52,216 nucleotides of DNA from Verrucomicrobiia bacterium (GTDB lineage Bacteria > Verrucomicrobiota > Verrucomicrobiia > Limisphaerales > UBA11358): the NCBI GenBank assembly GCA_037138135.1, contig JBAXIY010000002.1, forward strand, positions 1 through 52,216, given 5' to 3'. The translations under genes were made by a program, and so were the position numbers. Within the stretch, counting starts at the first letter, position 1; each line of letters starts with the position of its first letter. Shown here in pieces: positions 18,825 through 27,600 of this stretch. Below the pieces are notes generated by a model. The model saw only the letters and a list, made by a program, of their open reading frames with translations, had not been told where the DNA came from and made no database searches.

Positions 18825-21587
18825 TCACTCAGTCGCCGCTTTTTTCTTTTTGCGTTTGCCGCCAGGTTTGACCTGCGTTGGATCTTCCGCCGCGCCCATG
18901 GCGCCGCTGGTCGCGGCGCGAAGCTGCATAATGGGATTCTGACCTTTCGTAAACATCGCCTCCGAGGCAACTACGGCACGTCCATCCCGGAACGCCGCCG
19001 CCCGCACGGTCGTGGTGGCGGTGAGTTTCAGCGGCTGCTGGTAGAGGGCGGAGGACGCGGTGGGCGCAGAGCCGTCGGTGGTGTAATGAATTTCAAACGC
19101 CGGCCCGGACAGCGCCCCGCGCAACGCGACGCGCTCGCAGTCAATCGTCACCAGGGTGGAATCGCTAAAATAGGAATCCCCCAGCAAACCCAGCGCAACC
19201 ACTTCCACCGGGCCGGTCCCACCAGCTTTGCCGGCGTAGAAACCCCGCGACAATCCATTGAATACTTTCCGGCCGGTCTCGCGCTGCGGCGTGATGTCCA
19301 CCGGATCGCCGTTCTCGCCGCCAAGCCAGCGCGCCGGGCCGATGAGCGCGAGATCAATGCGATTATCCGCGTGGGGATTAAACACGCCGTCCTTGTCGCA
19401 CACAGCCGTCGTCACCAGCGCAAGATCGTTGCGGTCGGCTTTGAGCTTGGCGTTGTCGGTCGTCAGTTCCAGTTTCGCAGCCGTGCCGGCGGTGCGCACC
19501 GTGGTTTCGGCCACGGCTTTGCCAGCGCGATAGGCCACGGCCTTCAGCACGCCGGGATGATACGGCACCTGCCAGCCACATTCATACAGCGCGGAACGTT
19601 TTTGGCGGCCCAGAGATTTGCCGTCCTGAAACAGTTCCACTTCATCCGCGTTGGCGTAGGCGACGACCGGAATGGTTTTGCCTTCCAGACCGGGCCAAGT
19701 CCAGTCCGGCAGCAGATGCACCATTGGCTTCTCCGTCCACAGGCTTTGGTAGAGATAAAAATCATCCTTGGGAAAACCGGCGAGATCGAGCACGCCAAAA
19801 TTGAATTCGCGCGCCAGCATCTGGTTACCCGACCACGCCGCCTCGCCAAGATAATCAAAGCCGGTCCAACGGAATTCGCCCATGAGCCAGGGGCGCGCGG
19901 CGGTCATCTGCCAACTGTTGCGAATCACCGTCCGTCGGCCGCAGTTGTCGTAGGACGAAGAATAGGCGGCGGGCCCGCCGCTGAAGACTTCCGGCCGGGC
20001 GTAATCCGGCAGCGCAGGTTCTAAGCTTTTGGCGATGCTGTTGACCGTGCGATAGAAACCGCGCGTCTGAAACGTGTGCGGTTCCTCGGTCAACACGATC
20101 GGCCGCGCCGGATTCGCGGCGTGATAATCCTCCAGCGTCTTGAGATCCGGGACAATGCCGCCATTGAAGCCCGCGACATCCACGCCGTGGATCACCGCGC
20201 CGCCCGTGGTGGGCCGCGTATCGTCCAGTTTGTGAATCAAGTCAGTGATGTGGTGGTCGTCGGTCTTGCCGGTTTCGTTGCCAATGCTCCAGAAAATGAC
20301 GCAGGGATGATTGCGGTCGCGCTCGATCCAGTCGGTCACATCGCGCTGCCACCAGTCGTTGAAGAAACGGCCACCATAATCGTGCGTCGCCTTCTTGTGC
20401 CAGCCGTCGAATATTTCGTCCATGACCAGAATACCCATCCGATCGCACAAGTCATAAAACGCCGGCAACTGCGGATTGTGCGACGTGCGAATCGCATTGC
20501 AGCCCATGTCCAGGAGCTGCTGCAACCGGCGTTCCAGCAGCGCTTCCGGCATGGCCGCACCGACCGGACTACCGCCCTGATGCTCGCACACGCCTAGGAG
20601 CTTGACAGGTTGGTTGTTCAGAAAAAATCCTTCCTTCGCGTCGAAGCGCAAACTGCGAATCCCGAACGTGGTGCGGACGGCATCCACGGGTTTGCCGCTC
20701 ATCAAGACTTCGGTGACCGCAGTGTAAAGCACGGGCGAACTCAGCGACCAAAGCCGTGGCGATTTCACCGTCAGCGTTTGATTGAAAACCGCCGCATTGG
20801 TGTTGTTCAAACGCTGCTCGGCGGTTTCCGCCGTGGCGACCACGGTGCCGGCTGCATCGAGCAGCGTCGTGCGCAGGCTGGCGGAAGATTCATCGAGGAA
20901 CGGATGCACCACGCGCGTCCGCACCTGCACCGTGGCGGCGTCCGACTTGATTGCCGGCGTGGTGACATAGACGCCGTTGGGCGCGATCCGCACGGGATCG
21001 GTGACGATCAGATTAACGTGGCCATAGATGCCGCAGCCGTGATACCAGCGGGCGCTGGGTTCGAGGGAATTATCCACGCGCACGGCGAGCACGTTGCGGC
21101 CGGGCTTCAGGTGCGGCGTGAGGTCGCAGGCGAATGTGCTGTAACCGTAGGGGCGGCCGCCGACGCGTTCGCCGTTGAGCCAGACGTCGCTGTTCATATA
21201 GACGCCCTCGAATTCCAGCGTAACCTGGCGATCCTTGCGCGAATCCGGAATCTCAATTGCACGCCGATACCAGCCGATGCCAGAGGGCAGCCATGCGCAC
21301 TTATCGCCGGTTGGATTGCTGGCGGAATAATCGCCCTCAATGCTCCAGTCGTGCGGCACATCCAGCGCGCGCCAGGACGAGTCATCAAACGCAACGGAAC
21401 TTGCCGCCGGCACGTCGCCCAGATGAAATTTCCAGTTAAAATTCAGCAACAATCTTTCACGTTCGCATTCGCCATGCTCCCACGCCGCAGCCGATGAATC
21501 CGCCGGCGCGGCCTGGGTTAGTGTTGAACCCAGGGCGGCGCTGAGACCGAGCGCGACGAGGGTGATTAATTTTTGCATGGTTTTCAT
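18825..21587 (-). CDS. Glycoside hydrolase family 2 with extra C-terminal chitobiase/Fn3-associated-like module and Lys-rich tail
   Basis: Signal peptide MKTMQKLITLVALGLSAALGSTLTQAAP. Motifs: [53 protein letters not shown] and EFRWTGFDYLGEA. C-terminal module FEIHYTTDGSAPTASSALYQQPLKL. The tail is KPGGKRKKKKAATE. Confidence 0.9.
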   Translation of the reverse strand: MKTMQKLITLVALGLSAALGSTLTQAAPADSSAAAWEHGECERERLLLNFNWKFHLGDVPAASSVAFDDSSWRALDVPHDWSIEGDYSASNPTGDKCAWLPSGIGWYRRAIEIPDSRKDRQVTLEFEGVYMNSDVWLNGERVGGRPYGYSTFACDLTPHLKPGRNVLAVRVDNSLEPSARWYHGCGIYGHVNLIVTDPVRIAPNGVYVTTPAIKSDAATVQVRTRVVHPFLDESSASLRTTLLDAAGTVVATAETAEQRLNNTNAAVFNQTLTVKSPRLWSLSSPVLYTAVTEVLMSGKPVDAVRTTFGIRSLRFDAKEGFFLNNQPVKLLGVCEHQGGSPVGAAMPEALLERRLQQLLDMGCNAIRTSHNPQLPAFYDLCDRMGILVMDEIFDGWHKKATHDYGGRFFNDWWQRDVTDWIERDRNHPCVIFWSIGNETGKTDDHHITDLIHKLDDTRPTTGGAVIHGVDVAGFNGGIVPDLKTLEDYHAANPARPIVLTEEPHTFQTRGFYRTVNSIAKSLEPALPDYARPEVFSGGPAAYSSSYDNCGRRTVIRNSWQMTAARPWLMGEFRWTGFDYLGEAAWSGNQMLAREFNFGVLDLAGFPKDDFYLYQSLWTEKPMVHLLPDWTWPGLEGKTIPVVAYANADEVELFQDGKSLGRQKRSALYECGWQVPYHPGVLKAVAYRAGKAVAETTVRTAGTAAKLELTTDNAKLKADRNDLALVTTAVCDKDGVFNPHADNRIDLALIGPARWLGGENGDPVDITPQRETGRKVFNGLSRGFYAGKAGGTGPVEVVALGLLGDSYFSDSTLVTIDCERVALRGALSGPAFEIHYTTDGSAPTASSALYQQPLKLTATTTVRAAAFRDGRAVVASEAMFTKGQNPIMQLRAATSGAMGAAEDPTQVKPGGKRKKKKAATE

Positions 21588-21626
21588 TTGGGAAATTGTT
21601 TCGGTGTTCGCATTACGTTGCGCGGG

Positions 21627-23237
21627 TCACTCATCTTTGGGCTCTTTAGGCGCCTTCCCCGTCCAAGCGCTGCCGGTGCAATTTTCCCACCAAACCAACC
21701 AGGCGGCATCCATCTGCTTTACCAATTCGGAGCGCTCCGCCGCCAGGTTGTGCGTCTCCGTGCGATCAGAGGCCAAGTCATAGAGTTCCCAGATCGGACT
21801 GTTGCGGACGAGTTTCCATTGCCCATCGCGGATCGCAGAGCCTTTGTTGAATTGGAAGAAGAGCGGTTTTGAGCGGGCAATGGTCTGCCCTTTGAAGGCA
21901 GGCAGGAGACTCACGCCGTCCATAGGCGGGATTTTGGACTGTTTCGATGCGCCGGGATATTTTGCCCCGGAGACGTCGAGCAAAGTGGGCATGATGTCGA
22001 TCAAGTGGGCAGGTTCGCGAAACCAACCAGCCTGCGGCTTGATGCCCGCCGGCCAGTGCGCCACCAGCGGCGTGCAGACTCCGCCTTCGAAGCTGTCAGT
22101 CTTCCATTTGCGCAAGGGCGTGTTGCAGACCGACGCCCAACTGGGACCGTAGCTGATAAAGGTTGCCACGCTGCCCATCGGGGCGTTGGGGTCAACATTA
22201 TCCCAATTCACGGGCTTTTCCGCGCAAGCGCCGTTGTCGGAGAGAAACAGGATCAGGGTATTATCGAGCTTTCCCTGCTCTTCCAATCGTTTCAGCAACC
22301 GGCCAATGTTCTGATCCACCCGGTCCACCATCGCGGCATAGACTTCCATCTTCATCGCTTCCTGTTTGCGCTTCTCCGGCGAAAGGGTATTCCATCTTTT
22401 TGCAGCCTTTTTCTCATACTCCATCGGCGGCAGCGACGACGTTTTTGGATCAGCCAGCCCCAGCTTGATCTGGCGTTCATAACGCGCCTTGCGGATCGCG
22501 TCAAAGCCACTGTCATAAACGCCCTTGTATTTGGCGATGTCTTCGGGGCGCGCCATGAGCGGCCAGTGCGGTGCCGTGTAAGCCATGTAGAGCAGGAACG
22601 GTCGGTTGGTGTTTTGATACTCGTCCAGCCACTGCAGGGCGCGGTCGGTAAAGGCGTCGGTGTCGTAGAAGTTGTGATCTTGCGGGATGAAGTCATCCAC
22701 TTCCTTCCCGTCGAGCGCCCAGCGATTCCCATTGTCTTTGTGCGTCGGAGTGGGCTGGCCGGCGATGGCGGCACTGCCCGGATTGAAGTGGTTTTCGCAA
22801 CCGCCGAGCATTCCATAATAGCGGTCGTAACCCCGCGTCACCGGATTCCATTTCGCGTGGTTCTTGCCCGACCACAGGGTGACATAACCGGCCGGCCGCA
22901 GCACCTCGCCCAATGTGGCCGTGTGTGAGAAATTCATATCCGTCCGCTGAAAATAAACTCCGGTTTGCAAACAAGCGCGCGTGGGAAAACACTTGGCCGT
23001 GTTATACATCTCGGCAAACTTCACTCCGCCTGCGGCGAGCCGATCAATGTTCGGCGTGCGGATTTCTCCGCCATAACAACCGATGTCTGAATAGCCCATG
23101 TCATCCACGAGGATGACCAGAATGTTGGGTTTGGCTGCGGCCTTCGCAGGTTCAGCGGCCCGGAGTGCGACTGGCGACGTGAGCGTCAGCGTGACGAGGA
23201 TTAGTTTTATGATGCGGTTCATAGGAGGACGGTTCAT
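21627..23237 (-). CDS. S1 (Cys-type) sulfatase
   Basis: Signal peptide (MNRPP)MNRIIKLILVTLTLTSPVALRAAEP. Motifs: NILVILVDDMGYSDIGCYG and CFPTRACLQTG. The start overlaps the upstream stop in an ATGA. An alternative ATG lies at 23222. Confidence 0.9.
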   Translation of the reverse strand: MNRPPMNRIIKLILVTLTLTSPVALRAAEPAKAAAKPNILVILVDDMGYSDIGCYGGEIRTPNIDRLAAGGVKFAEMYNTAKCFPTRACLQTGVYFQRTDMNFSHTATLGEVLRPAGYVTLWSGKNHAKWNPVTRGYDRYYGMLGGCENHFNPGSAAIAGQPTPTHKDNGNRWALDGKEVDDFIPQDHNFYDTDAFTDRALQWLDEYQNTNRPFLLYMAYTAPHWPLMARPEDIAKYKGVYDSGFDAIRKARYERQIKLGLADPKTSSLPPMEYEKKAAKRWNTLSPEKRKQEAMKMEVYAAMVDRVDQNIGRLLKRLEEQGKLDNTLILFLSDNGACAEKPVNWDNVDPNAPMGSVATFISYGPSWASVCNTPLRKWKTDSFEGGVCTPLVAHWPAGIKPQAGWFREPAHLIDIMPTLLDVSGAKYPGASKQSKIPPMDGVSLLPAFKGQTIARSKPLFFQFNKGSAIRDGQWKLVRNSPIWELYDLASDRTETHNLAAERSELVKQMDAAWLVWWENCTGSAWTGKAPKEPKDE

Positions 23238-24673
23238 TCCACATTACGGTTTCCGCCCTTTTTGGGCGGGACAGGTAGCGGCATGAAATCGCGCTGGAGG
23301 ATCATCCATTCTTGCATCGCGGCCTTGAGTTCGCTTTCGACGCTCGCGGCGTCCGGGTTGCCGGCGAGGTTGTTGAATTCGTTGGGATCTTTTTCGAGGT
23401 CGTAGAGTTCGAACATCGGACGCGTCGGAGCGAAGTAGAGCTTTTCGCTTTTTGCATCGAGCTTCCCGTCCTTGTGCATTTGCACGAGTTCCTTCCAAAG
23501 ATCGTCTTTGGCGAAATCTACCGGCCAATACGGCAGTTCGCCGAGCGCATTGTAAATCAGTTTGTGCGTCTTACTCACCACGACGCGGCCGAGGTCGAAA
23601 TCCGCGCTGTTGCCCGGCAGGTTTGCTCCGTGCGCGCCACGTTCGGCGAAAACAAACTGCCGTCCCGCGAACGGCTCACCACGCAGCAACTTCACAAAAC
23701 TTTTCCCCGTCATCTCCGGCGGCACAGGCAGGCCCGCAGCTTCGAGGAAAGTCGGCGCGATGTCTTCGCCGCTGATCAATTCCGCCGTGGACGAACCGGG
23801 TTTCACCTTGCCCGGCCAGCGCACAATCAGTGGCACGTGGACACCAAACTCGTAGAGCGTGCCCTTGCCGCGAAATTGTGACGCACCGTTGTCGCCCATG
23901 AAGACGACAATCGTGTTCGAAGCGAGCCCGCGTTTTTCCAGCTCTGCCATCACTTCACCGAAAAGCACATCAAAGTGCGCGATCTCGTCGTAGTAGCGCG
24001 CGAAGTCCTCGCGCACGAGCTGCGTGTCGGGGTAATGCGCCGGCAGCGTGAGCTTCGCCGGGTCGTGTTTCACCGGGCCAAAGGTGTTTAGCGGACGATG
24101 CGGATCGTTGGAACAGAGTTGCAGAAAGAACGGCTTGTCTGCGGGTTTGAGGTCGAGGAACTCACGGAACTGCGCGAACTGGGCCTCACTGCCGCTGCCG
24201 ATTTTCACGTAGTCGAGGCGATCGGGGAACGTGACGAGCTTATACTTATCAAACACTCTCTGCGTTTCCGGCGCGCTCGCCGTGACCGCGCCATCCATGT
24301 GATACGTGCGCCCCGCGACGCCGGTGAACCAGCCCGCCGCCCGCAACGCCTCGGGATATGTCTTGATCGCGCGCGGCAGCGGCGCGGAGAAGCGCGACAT
24401 GTCAATATCCACCGGCGAACGCCCGGTGAAGATGCTCGCGCGCGACGGCACGCATTGCGGGCACGTCACATAGGCACGGTCAAAACGCATCCCTTCCGCC
24501 GCAAACTTGTCGAGGTTCGGAGTCATGATGTCCTTGTCCCCGTAACAGCCGACGTGTGGATAGCTATGGTCGTCCGAGAGAATGAGCAGGACGTTTAGTT
24601 TCGGTTCGGCGGCGGGCAGAGCGATCCGCGATGCCAGTAGCAGCGCGGCGATGAGTGTGAGCGGGTATTTCAT
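23234..24673 (-). CDS. S1 (Cys-type) sulfatase
   Basis: Signal peptide MKYPLTLIAALLLASRIALPAAEP. Motifs: NVLLILSDDHSYPHVGCYG and CVPSRASIFTG. Confidence 0.9.
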   Translation of the reverse strand: MKYPLTLIAALLLASRIALPAAEPKLNVLLILSDDHSYPHVGCYGDKDIMTPNLDKFAAEGMRFDRAYVTCPQCVPSRASIFTGRSPVDIDMSRFSAPLPRAIKTYPEALRAAGWFTGVAGRTYHMDGAVTASAPETQRVFDKYKLVTFPDRLDYVKIGSGSEAQFAQFREFLDLKPADKPFFLQLCSNDPHRPLNTFGPVKHDPAKLTLPAHYPDTQLVREDFARYYDEIAHFDVLFGEVMAELEKRGLASNTIVVFMGDNGASQFRGKGTLYEFGVHVPLIVRWPGKVKPGSSTAELISGEDIAPTFLEAAGLPVPPEMTGKSFVKLLRGEPFAGRQFVFAERGAHGANLPGNSADFDLGRVVVSKTHKLIYNALGELPYWPVDFAKDDLWKELVQMHKDGKLDAKSEKLYFAPTRPMFELYDLEKDPNEFNNLAGNPDAASVESELKAAMQEWMILQRDFMPLPVPPKKGGNRNVE

Positions 24674-24683
24674 GGTTCTGGGT

Positions 24684-27600
24684 TTACTGCGCTTGAATCA
24701 TGAGCCGGATAAACTGCTGGGCTTTGACGTTCGTCTCGATGCGGTTGGTGACGGAAAGAAATCCGTTGGTCAGCGGACCAGAGCCGGTCACGGTGTAGCC
24801 GGAATTTGTCCAGACTGGGGTCGCAAGGTTGGTGGCTAACTGCAGATAGTAGACCAGGCCGCTGTTCGGATCGCTGCGCTTGGGATAAACATATTCAAAC
24901 CAGTTGGTGCCGCTGGCGAATTTAAGGCCATAAGTGATCGGATACCCAAGGTCGCTTGAATTAGTCGGGTTGCCGCCGAGGCCAAACTCATAAAGATTGC
25001 TCAGCCGGTCGCCGTCATCATTCCCCGACGGACCTTGCACGAGTTGATATTGGTTCGCCCAAACCGCATAGGCCGACAGCACCACAATGTTCAGCGTCGC
25101 GGTATCGAAGGCCAAGGCCGCATCCGTCACCTTTACCGTGAACACGTTCGTGCCGACATCCGCCGCGGTCGGCAGGCCGGAGAGCGTGCCATTGGTGGCC
25201 ACGCTCAACCAGGTCGGACCGGATAAAATGGAATAGGTCAGCGTGTCGCCGACGTTCACATCGGTGGCCGATCCTGCAAGGGTGTTGCTGTAAACCACAC
25301 CCGCACCGGCAGCCGGTCGGCTGATCGGCTTCACCGTGAACACCGGAGCCGAGTTGCTCGGCGTGAGGATGATGCTCGGCGTGAAGACGGCAGCGACAAT
25401 GTGCCCCTTGTCAGCAGTGCCACTGAACACGCACGAGAAGTTGGTAGTCGTTGCGAGGATATCGGGGATGTAGCCCTGATAAAAGCCTATGCCACCCATA
25501 TTATTGACAAACCAATTGACAGCCGTGCCCGTGCCGCTATCGCTGGCGGAGAAGCCGGTGCCGGCGGTGTTAGCGATATTAGCGGAACACAAGGCGGCGA
25601 AGCCGCCAACCGGAACACCCGTCACGCCCGTGATGGTATTTGTCAGGGCGCTGTTGTTGACATTGGTGCCGATAATGGGACTGGTGTTGGTGTTAACGCC
25701 GGAGAGCGTAAAGGCGGAAAGAATCTGATTCTGGTAGCCAGTGGGCAAAGCGCCTGAAATGGTGCCGCCGGTATCGAGGATGGGATTCCACAAATAATAA
25801 ATTGAGCTGCTAAATGCCTTGGTTGAGACGGTTCCCGCCTGGACGGCCCGGGTCATGGTTTGGGTGACCGTGCCGTTGCCGGTAACCCAATATAAGTTCG
25901 TCGGGCCGGTGGGGTAGGTGCTATTTACACCCTTGTAAGAAAGATTGACCACGAGCACGTTTCCCCCGGTGATCGGGAACACCTGACTGATGGGCAAAGT
26001 GCTTGAGGTTGTTTCCCCCCCGGTCGAATCCCACACAGAAATCCCTGTCTGGGTCACATACGTCGCGGTCAGGGTGACCGCATTGGTCGACATCGTGACC
26101 AGGGCGTTGTTGGAGGAGACATTATTCACAACTTGCGTATCACCATTCCACCGTTGAAAGGTTTTACCGGCTGCCGGAGCATACGCCGAAATCGCCACCT
26201 GCCGTCCGCTGGTGTAGAAACCACTGCCAATGCCGCTGTTGACCGTCAGCGCGTAAGAGGGATTTCTGAACGTCGCGGTCAGGGAAATATTTTGCACCCC
26301 CATGGTCACCGTGGTGGTTGGGACATAGATACTGTCCGCATAACTGGTGTCACCGGTCCACCGTTCAAATATCTTTCCCGCCGGAGCATTGCTGGCCGCA
26401 ATCACCACCCGCTGTCGGTTGGTGAACGAACCGCTGCCGCTGCCACTGTTGATCGTCAGCGTGTAGAGGGTGTTTCCGGGAACAACCTGAATGTTCAGCG
26501 TGGCGGTATTCGTTCCGCCGAAGCCATCAGTGACCTTCACGACCCAGCTGTTGGCGCCGGCATTCGTCGAGGCCGGGTTGCCGGAGAGCACCCCATTGGT
26601 GGCGATGTTCAGCCACGAAGGACCGGAAACTTTCGAATAGGTCAGCGGGTCGCGGTCGGCATCCCTTGCCGCGCCGGACAGCGTCTGGCCGCTGTAAGCA
26701 AGGCCGATGGTCGCATTCGCACGGCTCATTGGATCATTTGTGAAAGCCGGAATCGAATTGGTGCCGGACATTCTGATAACGCGGGTCATGTCCGTTGCCA
26801 TCGGGACAGTCAGCTTCCAGCCTCTGGCGCTGGAAACAATCGTCATCGGGGTGTTAGCGACAATCTCGCTGAACGCAGGATTTGGCAAAAGCCCCAGCGC
26901 GGCCGCTTCGATGTCAATGTCAACCGAGGCGGGCAAGTTGGTCGGCCCCCAAACGGTTAAATAGACATCATGCCCGTGACCGAAGCGCTGAACCTCAACT
27001 GCGGAGGATCTGACAAAGGCGTGGGTGACCGGCTCCCAGCCCGCAAGTCGAATGGCCTCGCTGGCGGGTATGTAATTGGTCCACAGCGCCTGATGCGCAG
27101 GCGTGTAGAACACTGATCCAGTTGCAGGGTTGTAGAGAGGATGGTTGGTCGCGTAGAAATAGGGATCGGCGACAACGTTGGCAAAGCCGAAGGCGGTGGC
27201 AGTCGCCAAGGCTCTTTTGACGGTGGCAAGTGCTTCGTTCGTCTGCCCCGCCGTCACCATTGTCGGGATGCCGTCGCAAGCGATCCGGTAAGATTTGCGC
27301 CCCATAAAGATGCGATATTCATCGTAGTCACCGAGAGCGTGATACTTCTCACCGCCTTCGTTCCAAGCGCTGGCCATCACCGAGGAGAGGAAGTGCATGC
27401 CTACACGATCCTGTCCGCCCACCAGTTCCGTTCCATTATTAACACCGAAATCCTGCATGCCCGCCCCCTCATGAAACATGCCGCCCGGTTTCAACAACCG
27501 GTAGGCGTCAAACAGCTCGTAATTCGAAAACTGTGTGGGCAGACAGAGACGCCCCAACTGATCAAAGGTGAGGGGATGGGCCGTATAGTCGAAATGATCG

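Noticed and set aside
24696-25358. The 663-bp repeat pair considered as a mobile element or IS remnant.
   Set aside because: Both copies are in frame as the C-terminal domains of intact genes. There is no transposase, no terminal inverted repeats and no target-site duplication. The repeat boundary coincides with a protein domain junction.
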